NCBI GenBank assembly: GCA_963733635.1
Contig: CAVTEH010000009.1
Coordinates: 64,873-128,872, forward strand
Source of the DNA: an uncultured Actinomycetota bacterium
GTDB lineage: Bacteria; Actinomycetota; UBA4738; HRBIN12
Reading direction: 5' to 3'
DNA: 64,000 bases
Positions within the stretch are counted from its first letter, which is position 1; each line of letters starts with the position of its first letter. A program made the translations under genes and the position numbers. The notes beneath the pieces are model-generated. The model saw only the letters and a program-made list of their open reading frames with translations, had not been told where the DNA came from and did not search any database. Below, in pieces: positions 40,987 to 50,652 of this stretch.

Positions 40987-43900
40987 ATGGCCGATACCGC
41001 CACCTCGAAGGATCGACCTCGACACACAGGTGGGCCCAGGATGCAGTTCCGGATCCTCGGCTCCCTGGAGGTCGAGCGCGCGAACCAACCGCTCACCCTC
41101 GGCGGACCCCGACCGCGTGCGCTGCTGGCGCATCTGATCGTTCGAGCCAACGAGCTGGTCCCGACCGATGTCCTCGTGAGCGAGGTCTGGGAGGACGACG
41201 CGCCGGCATCCGCGCGAGGCACGATCCACTCGTACGTCTCCCGGCTCCGGAAGGAGCTCGGCGCCGATCGCATCGAGGGGCAGAGTCCCGGCTACCGCCT
41301 GCGGCTCGATCCGTCGGAGCTGGACGCGGCGCGGTTCGACAGGCTCGTCAACGACGCCAAGAAGGTCGGGGCGCTCGACCCCGGCATCGCTGCGTCCATG
41401 CTCGAAGAGGCGCTCGGCCTTTGGCGCGGTCCCGCGCTCGCCGACGTCGCCGAAGACGGCGCCCTGCGTGCCGAGGCGACGCGTCTGGACGAGCTGAGGC
41501 TGGTCGCCGCGGAGGAGCGCATCGAGGCCGTGATGGCGGTCGGCGAGCACGCCCGGGTCATCGGTGAGGCCGAGCTATTGGTGGCGCAGCACCCGCTCCG
41601 GGAACGCCTGTGGAGCCAGCTCATGCTGGCCCTCTATCGCGACGGACGCCAGGCCGACGCGCTCGGCGCGTACCAGCGACTGCGGGAGATCCTGGCCGAC
41701 GAGCTGGGGGTCGATCCGTCACCCGAGCTCGCGCGGCTCCACGAGCGGATCCTGAGGCAGGATCCGGACCTGGAGCTCCGCGGCGATCCGCTGCGCGGCT
41801 ACCGCCTGTTGGAGAAGATCGGCGAAGGACCGACCGGGGTCGTCTTCCGGGGGCTCCAGCCCCGCGTGGGGCGGGACGTCGCGGTCAAGATCTTCCACGA
41901 ACAGGTCGCGTCGGACCCCTCGTTCGTGCGGCGGTTCGAACGGGAAGCGCAGGCGACCACGGCGCTGGAACATCCCCATATCGCCCCGGTCTACGACTAC
42001 TGGCGCGAGCCCGGCGGCGCGTACGTCGTCTCGAGGTACCTCAAGGGAGGAAGCCTCGCGGCCCTCGAGGCCCGGGGTGGTGGGCTCGAGGCGGATCGTG
42101 CGTCGCTGGTCGTCGAGCAGATCGCGTCGGCGCTGGCGTTCGCACACCGACAGCACGTCGCGCACGGCGGGCTGCGCCGCCTCCAACTGCTGTTCGACGG
42201 GGAGAACAACGCCTACCTCGGGGACTTCCGTGTCGGCGTCGGGCCGGAACCGGAGCCGGCCGATGACATCCGCGAGCTGGCACGGCTCGCCAAGAGCCTC
42301 TTCGATGGACGAGATGCCGCATCGACTCCGTGCGCTCGTCGAGACCACATCGCTTTCGGATGAGGTCCCCGGCGCGGAGGCGTTCGTCGAGGCCGCCCGG
42401 GCTGCCGCCGACCCCGAGACGGCTCCTAGCACTCGACCGGCCGACATCCGCAACCCCTACAAGGGTCTGAGGCCGTTCACCGAGGCAGACGCCCACGACT
42501 TCTTCGGGCGGAGCGAGCTCACCGCGCGGCTGCTGGGTCGGCTCGCCGAGACCGGGCGGGATGCCCGGTTCCTCGGCGTCGTGGGCCCAAGTGGCGCGGG
42601 CAAATCCTCGGTGGTCAGGGCCGGGATGGTGCCGGCGATCCGGCAGGGCGCCCTCGGGGATCCACAGGAGTGCTTCGTTGCCGAGATGTTCCCAGGGACC
42701 CACCCGATCGACGAGCTCGAGCAGGCGCTCGTCCGGGTCGGCACGCACCCGGCGTCACGCCTGCACGACGTGCTCGATCGAAGCTCGAGAGGGCTGCTGG
42801 ACGCCCTGGACCTCGTGCTGCCCGCACCGGCGATCCTCGTCCTGGTCGTCGACCAGTTCGAGGAGGTCTTCACCCTCACCGCGTGACGAGCACGAGCGGG
42901 AGCTGTTCCTCGAGTCCTTGCGCGTGGCGGCACTCGATCCCGAGAGCAGGATCCGAGTCATCGTGACGCTTCGCGCCGACTTCTACGACCGCCCTCTGAC
43001 GTACCCGCGGTTCGGCGAGCTGCTCGCGGCACGGACCGAGGCGGTGCCTCCGCTCACGCCCGACGAGATCGAGCAGGCGATCCGACGGCCGGTCGAAGGG
43101 GTCGGCATCGCCGTCGAGCCCGGCCTCGAGGCCGAGATCATCGCCGACGTCGCCCACCAGCCCGGCGCGCTTCCGCTGCTCCAGTACGCGCTCACGGAGC
43201 TGTTCGAGCGACGGGACGGCGACCGGCTCACCCTCGCGGCATTCGAGGAGATCGGCGGCGTGGCGGGAGCCCTGTCGGCGCGGGCCGATCGCATCTTCGC
43301 GACCGCCGAGCCGGACGGGCAGCGGGCGATCCGACAGGTGTTCCTGCGGCTCGTCACGATCGGCGAAGGACGGCAGGACACGCGGCGTCGCGTCACGCGG
43401 AGCGAGCTCGATGCGCTCGACGTCGAACCCGAGCTCGTCGAGACGGCGCTGGACACCTACGGACGCCACCGGTTGCTGACGTTCGATCGGGAGCCGTCGA
43501 CCCGGGAGCCGACGGTCGAGATCGCCCACGAGGCCCTGCTCACCGCGTGGGCACGGCTCCGCACGTGGATCGACGATGCGCGCGAGGACCTGCGTCAGGA
43601 CCGGCGCCTGGTTCGCGCGGCCGGGGAGTGGCGCGGTTCCGATCGCGACCCCAGCTTCCTGCTCCGGGGCGCACAGCTGGAGCAGGTCGCGGCGTGGGCC
43701 GCATCGACCGATCTCGCGATCGGCCGGCCCGAGCGCGAGTACGTCAAGGCGAGCGTCGACAAGCGTGACCGGGAGCGTGCCGAGGAGCAGGCCCGGCGCG
43801 AGCGCGAGGAGCGGACGGAACGCCGATCCCGTTCGCCGGTTGCGCGCCCTCGTTGCGGTGCTCAGCGTCGCTGCCCTCGTGGCCGGAACGCTCACGGTCA

Positions 43901-46055
43901 TCGCGACCCGCCAGAGCGAGCGCGCGGAGACCGAGGCGAGGGTCGCGAGCGCGAGGGAGCTCGCGGCCGCCGCGGTGGCAAACCTCGAGAACGACCAGCA
44001 GCTGAGCGTCTTGCTCGCCATGGAGGCGGTGGACCGGACCCGCTCGGTCGACGGCTCCGTCCTGCAGGAAGCCGAGGAGGCGCTCCATCAGCGCGGTGAC
44101 GGCGTCGCGGATCGTGACGTCGATCCCGGGCTCGGGCGACGCTGGAACCCAGCGACGAGGCACTGGGGGGCCATCGACTGGGGTCCGGCGGGGCTCGTCG
44201 TGATGGACGGGGTCTTCGCGTCCGAGGGGCGCCGCCCGTCGGGATCATCGACCTCAGGGACCAGGAGACGGGGGAGATCGTGCGATCGCTCCCCGGACAC
44301 GACGGGAAGCTCACCGGGGCCGAAATTCAGCCCCGACGGCTCGACGCTCGCCACGACCGGCGAGGACGGTCGGCTCAAGATCTGGGATCTGCCGAGCGGC
44401 GACGTGATCGAGAACGTCAAGGGCCCCGGCGTGGCGCGGGGCCCGTCCTTCAGCGCGGACGGGTCGCGGGTCGCAGCGGCATTCGGCGAGTTTCGGACGG
44501 GGTGGATCGGTGCGAGTCGTGGATCTGAACACGGGCGGGGTTCAGACGTTCCCAGCGGCGCCATGGACGAACGACGTCGCGCTCAGCCCGGACGGGAGGC
44601 GGGTCGTCGCCGTCGGCGGCTCCTGGGTCAGAGGTCTTCCATCTGATCGATGTCGAGACCGCGGAGGTCCATCGGATCGCGGGAAGCCCGGCCGGCAACG
44701 GATTCCTCTCGGTCGCATGGAGCCCGGACGGGCGGCACATCGCTGCGGGTGGTTGGGACTCCCAGGTCCCGGTGATGGACGCGAACGGACGACCTCGAGT
44801 TCCTGCTCCGGGGCCACAGCTCGGCGCCCACTGGGTCGACTGGAGTCCCGACGCGACCCGCCTGGTCACCGGAAGCGACGATGGGACGGCCAAGATCTGG
44901 GAGATCACCGGCTCAGGGTGCGACGGAGGTGCAGACCCTCTCGGCGCGTGCCGGGGAGATGACCGGCGTCGCCTTCTCGCCCGACGGCACCCGCGTGATG
45001 ACCCGCTCGGAGACGAGGGTGATGGACGTCTGGGACGTCGGTCCGACGGGCGGCGCCGAGGTCGCGAACGTCGCCGGCGCGACGGAGCTCGTGAGCTTCT
45101 TGTCGGATGGGCGTCACGTAACGACCAGCGGCAGGGATGGCTCGCTGAGTATCCTCGATCTCGAGACCGGAGAGCAGGTTCACCGTCCGAACCGATGGTT
45201 CGAACTGCCGCGGGGGCCTTACTCGGGCTATGAGTTCAGCTATGACTTCAGCCCGGACGGCAGATCCGTCGCCATCTACAGCTACACCCGCGGGAAGCAC
45301 ACCCTTCGAGACGTCGAGACCGGAGCCGAGCTCCTGACGTGGCGAACAGCCCACACGGTTTCGACTGGAGCCCGGATGGCCGGTTCGCGGCCGTGAACGG
45401 GGGACGGATCGATCACGATCTTGGACGCCTCCGGACGAAGGGTGGGCGTTCTAGAGGCGGACGGGTTCACGATCCTGGAGGGTCTCAGGTTCGGTCCGGG
45501 TGGCCTCGTCGCGATCCGGCGACCGGAACAAGGAGCGGGGCGACGCACGATTTGAAGATCTGGGACTGGACGCGTGACGAGGTCGTCGCGGAACTGCCGG
45601 TCTCGAGAATTCATGAGTTCATGGCAGTTCGACGCCGATGGGAGCACGGATCGCGATCGGGGACGCCGAAACCACGATCTGGGATGTGCAGTCCGAGCGA
45701 CTCCTCGTGACCTTGCCCTCGAGCCAGGTTTGCCCACCGACATCGCGTTCAGCCCGGACGGCTCCCGGGTCGCCGAAGGGCGACCCCGATGGAACCGTGC
45801 GGGTGTTCGACACGAGCTCGGGCGAGGAGGTGCTCGCCCTTGGAGGGCACGACGTTGCTGACCAGGTGGCCTTCAGCCCGGACGGCTCGATGCTCGCGAC
45901 GGTGGGCGACGGGATCCTGCGGATCTGGGCGCTCGACATCGACGACCTGCTCGAGATCGCCCGACGAGAGCGTCACCAGATCGCTCACCGACGAGGAATG
46001 CCGGCAGTATCTCCACGTCGAGTCCTGCGCCGTTCGCATGATGCGCGTAGCGTAG
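40987..46055 (+). CDS. SARP-pseudokinase-nSTAND1-TM-WD40 regulator (paralog 2; many frameshifts; alternative start 41041)
   Basis: Same domain order and motifs as paralog 1; ends LEIAR..TRSLTDEECRQYLHVESC. Confidence 0.9.
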
Positions 46056-46076
46056 GGTAGTCTGTCTCAGACTACC
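46052..46076 (+). repeat. GTAG-type REP-like palindrome (family B)
   Basis: GTAG-GGTAGTCTG-TCT-CAGACTACC between convergent genes. Confidence 0.55.
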
Positions 46077-46092
46077 TTGAGCTCCGGGACGG

Positions 46093-47601
46093 TCACGGTC
46101 GGGTGGCCACGGCACAACCGCCGGAGTACGTGGGAGGAGCTGATCGGAGGACGTGTACGGACCCCGGATCATCGACGGCGTTCTCCATCTCCCAGGGGTC
46201 CTCGACCAAGTCGAGCAGCTCCATGGCCCCTGACTCGTACACGACCAGCTTCCAGCGGTCTTCCCGGATCCCACAGTAGTCGAGCCGCGCTCCGGGACCG
46301 TCGGCGTACTCGATCACGCTCCGATTCCTCCAGGCGATGTCTCGTCCGGCGAGCAGTGGTAGGAGGCTGTCGCCATCGACCGGCGCGGATGGCTCGATCC
46401 CGGCGACATCTGCGATGGTCGGCGCTAGGTCGATGTTCAGCACCGGCGTGGCGTCGCTTCGAGCCAGCCCATGGGTCAGGGGGTCGAAGCGAATCACCAT
46501 CGGCACTCGGATCGATTCCTCGTAGGGCCAGATCTTGCCCTCGAGGCCGTGTTCGCCCCACATGTAGCCGTTGTCAGAAGTCAGGATGAACATGGTGTTG
46601 TCCATCTCACCGATGCGGTCGAGCCACTCCACCATGCGTCCAACCTCACGATCGACCCCCGCCAGCGCGCGGTACTGCTGAAGGCGGACGCGATCGATCC
46701 CCGCGATCCGCTCCCGATCGAGGAGCCCGTCCTTCGGGAAGGGGCGTGAATCGTCGGTGCGATCCACCACACCGAACGAGGGTGGTCGCCACAGGGCCAG
46801 CTCGGAGAACGCCTTCGCGTCGCGCCTGAGGGGGATGAAGGGCTCATGAGGGGCTGGGAGTCCCAGCATCGCGAAGAACGGCTCGTCTGGGTATCGTGCG
46901 ATCGACCCCCGGATGAAACCGCGCATCAGCCTAGGAAACGCCACGGTGGAGTGGTCACGTTGCCGCGTGCCGTACCGGCGTCGTTCGCCGTCGATCGCCA
47001 GCACATAGTCGAGATAGCCCGCGAACTTCGTTCGATCCACGATCGGAGCGAATCGATCCCAGCCGGGTGGCCGACCGCGAGCACCGGGGTTCCCGTATCC
47101 GTTCAGGTACTTACCCACGAACAGCGTGTGGTACTGGACGTCGTGGAGCCAGGTCGCGATCGTCGACGAAGGGTCGAAGGCCTCGGCGCCACCCATGGGC
47201 GGGTGATTGGTCCAGACGCCCGTGTTGTGCGAGTACTGCCCCGTGAGCATGCTGGCCCGACTCGGACAGCAGAGCGGGTTGACCACGGAGGCGTTCGTGA
47301 ACGTGACGCCCTCGTGCATCAGGTACCGCCGCACGTTGGGCATCGCGCCCAGGGTGTCGAACCGTTGATCGTCCGTGAACAGGAGGAACACGTTGGGACG
47401 GTCCGGCTCACGATCTTCCGTCATCCGCGCCGCGCCATGTCGTTCGAGCTCGGCTTTCGGAGTCCCCGACGTGCCGGGCAGCGCCGCGCACGCCATCGGT
47501 ACCGCGAGCGCGATGACCACCATGATCGAAACGATCCATCGCAGTTGGATGATCCCTCCGGCCTCGTTTCGCCGGCGCCTGTTGGATCCGAACTCGGCCA
47601 T
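46093..47601 (-). CDS. Formylglycine-dependent sulfatase (S1; N-acetylglucosamine-6-sulfatase-like), exported or lipoprotein
   Basis: PNVFLLFTDDQ, LCCPSRASMLTGQY (CxPxR), GKYLN, TSDNGY.WGEH, YEESIRVP. Confidence 0.92.
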   Translation of the reverse strand: MAEFGSNRRRRNEAGGIIQLRWIVSIMVVIALAVPMACAALPGTSGTPKAELERHGAARMTEDREPDRPNVFLLFTDDQRFDTLGAMPNVRRYLMHEGVTFTNASVVNPLCCPSRASMLTGQYSHNTGVWTNHPPMGGAEAFDPSSTIATWLHDVQYHTLFVGKYLNGYGNPGARGRPPGWDRFAPIVDRTKFAGYLDYVLAIDGERRRYGTRQRDHSTVAFPRLMRGFIRGSIARYPDEPFFAMLGLPAPHEPFIPLRRDAKAFSELALWRPPSFGVVDRTDDSRPFPKDGLLDRERIAGIDRVRLQQYRALAGVDREVGRMVEWLDRIGEMDNTMFILTSDNGYMWGEHGLEGKIWPYEESIRVPMVIRFDPLTHGLARSDATPVLNIDLAPTIADVAGIEPSAPVDGDSLLPLLAGRDIAWRNRSVIEYADGPGARLDYCGIREDRWKLVVYESGAMELLDLVEDPWEMENAVDDPGSVHVLRSAPPTYSGGCAVATRP

Positions 47602-47688
47602 CGATGGCTCCCCTCGTGTCCCTGCCCTCGCTCCGGGCGGTCACTCGGACCCTCCAGCAAGCCCCTTGACGGACGCCGAACCCTGCTC

Positions 47689-47705
47689 TCAAGGTTTCTT
47701 CAAGC
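47689..47705 (-). promoter_or_regulatory. TCAAG-N6-TCAAG direct-repeat box 5
   Basis: TCAAGG-TTTCT-TCAAGC, 88 bp upstream of the sulfatase start. Confidence 0.72.
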
Positions 47706-47800
47706 GCCCACGCGAAGCTGCAATGGCGATGGCTGCGCCGAACAGGTCCCCCGGGGAGCGGCTCCTGGTGCCAGGTACCGCGAGGTTCGATCTCGGTCCG

Positions 47801-47938
47801 ATGAGTGAAATGAGGCAGGCTCCCGGACCGGCCGAGCAGATTGCCAAGCACGCGCCGCGGTCACCCACGTGACCGGCCTCGGCTGGACAGTTGCAGTTCC
47901 GGATCCTAGGACCGGTCGTGATGGGCCAAGGTGAGTGA
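47801..47938 (+). pseudogene. 5' stump of a third SARP-type regulator
   Basis: Upstream GAGGTTCGAT-CTCGGTCCG-ATG resembles the promoter of paralogs 1 and 2. TTGCAGTTCCGGATCCTAGGACCG encodes LQFRILGP, then the frame ends. Confidence 0.65.
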
Positions 47939-47956
47939 TGTATGATACGTACATCA
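47936..47956. promoter_or_regulatory. vapBC operator/promoter: TGATGTA-N7-TACATCA overlapping -10 TATGAT
   Basis: Perfect 7-bp IR immediately before the antitoxin start. Confidence 0.75.
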
Positions 47957-48237
47957 TGAAGCGAACGCAGATCTACCTTGAGGAAGCGCAGCACGACACC
48001 CTGTCGAGGAGGGCGGCCGTCGTCGGAACGACCAAGTCCGATCTCATCCGCGAAGCCGTCGACGCCTATCTGGCCGGGCCGCGGGCCGAGCGGGGGCAGC
48101 TCCTCGCCTTCCGCGACGCGGTCCGCGCTGCGGCCGGCTCGGTGCCGAGGCTTCCGGAGGGCAGCCGCTATGTGGAGGAGCTCCGCGCGATCGATGCCGA
48201 TCGCGAGCGAGCGCTCGAGCATCGCCGACACGCGTGA
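47956..48237 (+). CDS. vapB: Ribbon-helix-helix (CopG-like) antitoxin
   Basis: MKRTQIYL...L..RA...GTTKSDLIREAVDAYL; GTGA overlap with the PIN gene. Confidence 0.85.
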   Translation: MKRTQIYLEEAQHDTLSRRAAVVGTTKSDLIREAVDAYLAGPRAERGQLLAFRDAVRAAAGSVPRLPEGSRYVEELRAIDADRERALEHRRHA

Positions 48238-48604
48238 GCGTTGTACTCGATACGACTGTGTTGATCGACGTGCTGCGGGGCGATTCCGACGCTGCGGACT
48301 ACGTGCTATCCCTTGACGAGGTTCCAACCTGCTCGGAGGTGACCGCGTCGAGATACTCCGCGGACTGAGGAGCGAGGAGCGGCGCTCCGCTGAGCAGCTG
48401 TTCATGAGGCTGTGGTGGATCCCGATCGATGAATCGGTCGCGCGACAAGCAGGAGAGATGGGGCGGAGGCATCGGCGGAGTCATACCGGCATCGGCGTCG
48501 CTGACCTGATCATCGCGGCCACCGCCCGGCAATCGGGCCTGAAGCTGGCGACGACGAACGTGCGGCATTTCCCGATGTTCCGAGGGCTGAAGCCACCGTC
48601 TTAG
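48234..48604 (+). CDS. vapC: PIN-domain toxin (frameshift near 48345)
   Basis: VLDTTVLID, SEVT.VEIL.G, ADLIIAATA, LATTNVRHFPM. Confidence 0.9.
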
Positions 48605-48806
48605 GCAGTTGCCTTGGTCTGATCGGAAGCGTTGCCCGGAACTCGTGCCGGCAAGGAGAGCCTCGTGCTTCCCCCGCGAATGCGAACGCGGAGACCTTCA
48701 CCCTGCATCTGTCGGGCCGCCCGTACGCCATCCCGATACGCCGCGTAAACGGCGTCTTCTCAGCGAAGTTAACTCGCCTGCGCTCGTGCCCAGACCACTT
48801 CGACAA

Positions 48807-50202
48807 CTACCCTCCGAGATCCTGCTCGGCCGCCCAAGCGTCGAGCAGCTCGAGGGCCACTTCCTCGGGGATCGGACCGCGTTCCATGCGCAGCTCCATG
48901 AGATAGGCCAGCGCCCGACCCACCGCCGGCCCCGGTTCGATCCCGAGGTGCTGCATCACCTGGGAACCATCCAGCGGCGGGCGAATCGACTCCAGGTTCT
49001 CCTGCTCGGCGAGGCGGGCGATGCGTTCCTCCAGCTCGTCCTGGAGCTGTGCGTAGCGTGCCGCCTTCTTCTCGTTCCGCGTGGTGCAATCGGCCCGCGT
49101 CAGCTGGTTCAGGCGATCGAGCAAGGGCCCTGCGTCTCGCACGTACCGGCGAACGGCCGAATCGGTCCACCCATCGCCGTCGCCGTACCCATGGAACCGC
49201 AGATGGAGCCCGATCAGTGTGCGAACGTCGTCGATCACGGCGTTGGGATAGCGGAGCTCGCGCATGCGGGCTTCGGCCATGCGTGCGCCGACGACCTCGT
49301 GGTGATGGAATTGCACCCCGTCCGGGGTGATCTGCCGCGTCGACGGCTTGCCGATGTCGTGCAGCAGCGCGGCGATCCGCAGCGTGGCATCGGGCTCGGT
49401 GCGCTCGACCACCGCATACGTGTGATGCAGGACATCCTTATGGCGATGCACCGGGTCCTGTTCCAGTTGCAGGGCCGCCAGCTCGGGAAGGAACAGGTCG
49501 GCGACCTGTGTCTCGACGAGCAACTGCAGACCCGCGGCCGGGATGTTCGCTCACTAACAACTTGTCGAGCTCGTCCCGGATGCGCTCGGGCGAGACGATC
49601 CGCAGTCGCTCCCGCATCTCGCCCATGGCCTGGACGACACGGGCCGCCGGGCACGACGTCGAGCTGGGCGACGAACCGTGCGGCGCGCACCATGCGCAGC
49701 GGATCGTCGGAGAAGGAGGTCTCGGGGTCCAGCGGCGTGTCCAGCGCGCGCGCGGCCAGGTGCCGGACCCCGCCGTACGGGTCCACGAAGACACCGTCGG
49801 GCAGCGAGATCGCCATGGCGTTGATCGTGAAGTCACGACGCGACAGGTCGGTCTGCAGATCGTCGCCGAACGTCACCGACGGCTTGCGGTGCTCCTCGGC
49901 GTAGACCTCCTGACGGAAGGTCGTGATCTCGAGGCGCTGGCCGTCCTTCTGTGCGCCGACCGTGCCGAAGCGGCACGCCGACCAGGTACTGGCGCTCGGC
50001 CCACCCACGGAGGAGCTGGGTGGTCTGGGTGGGGTGGGCGTTGGTGGTGAGGTCCAGGTCCGGCGAGTCGCGGCCCAGCACCATGTCGCGCACGGATGCC
50101 GCCGACCAGGTACAGCTCGTGGCCGGCTGACGGTGAACCGTTCGCCCAGCTCCTTGGCGACGGCGGGAACATCGAGCGTGGCGGTGGGTTCGATTCGGCC
50201 AT
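48807..50202 (-). CDS. cca: CCA tRNA nucleotidyltransferase with HD domain (frameshifted)
   Basis: LYLVGG.VRD, DLDLTT, EITTFR, DLSRRDFTINAMA, DDPLRMVRAARF, ALLHDIGKP. Confidence 0.95.
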
Positions 50203-50258
50203 GTCGCGACGAGGATAGTCGGAAGGGCCCGGCCCTCGAGAGCCGCTAACGTCAGGCC

Positions 50259-50652
50259 GTGCCCACCTGGCTCGGATTCATCTGGACGTCGCCGAACACG
50301 CTGATCGGCCTGATCCTGGGCCTGCTCACGTTCCGTGTGCCGCGTCGGTCCGACGGCGCCCTGATCTTCGACGCGTCAGCCGCCTCGAGGGCTCGCCGCC
50401 CTGATGCCGCACATCAACCGGGCCGCGATGACCGTGGGGTTCGTGATCATCTCGGCAGCGCCGGTGACGGGCCGACTGCTCAGCCACGAGCAGCACCACA
50501 TCCGTCAGTTCTGCGCGTGGGGACCCGCTGTTCATCCCCGTCTACTTCCTGCTGGCGATCCCCTTCGGCTACCGGCGCCATCCCATGGAGATCCGCGCGC
50601 AGATCGCAGCGGGCGAACGGGCGCCGAAGCGCCCGGACCAAGCGGCTCCTAG
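50259..50652 (+). CDS. Small HExxH (DUF4157/zincin-like) membrane protein, frameshifted
   Basis: AAMTVGFVI...LLSHEQHHIRQF..WG.LFIPVY...YRRHPMEIRA. Confidence 0.6.

Noticed and set aside
27999-46055. Repeated SPDG-encoding DNA motifs as a CRISPR array or tandem DNA repeat
   Set aside because: They are degenerate, in-frame WD40/PD40 protein repeats with irregular spacing, and no cas genes are present.
31627-46055. SARP regulators as markers of a secondary-metabolite cluster
   Set aside because: No PKS, NRPS, terpene synthase or recognisable RiPP maturase lies nearby.
31627-46055. The two regulators as an assembly duplication of one gene
   Set aside because: They differ by many synonymous and amino-acid changes, have distinct WD40 halves and have different neighbours.
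27999-47938. Prophage, ICE or diversity-generating retroelement explanation for the array
   Set aside because: No integrase, structural, conjugation or reverse-transcriptase genes, and no template/variable repeat pair differing only at adenines was seen.
48605-48806. 200-bp gap between vapC and cca with a small hairpin (ACGCCG-CGTAAA-CGGCGT)
   Set aside because: No second copy in the window and no credible ORF; insufficient evidence for a call.
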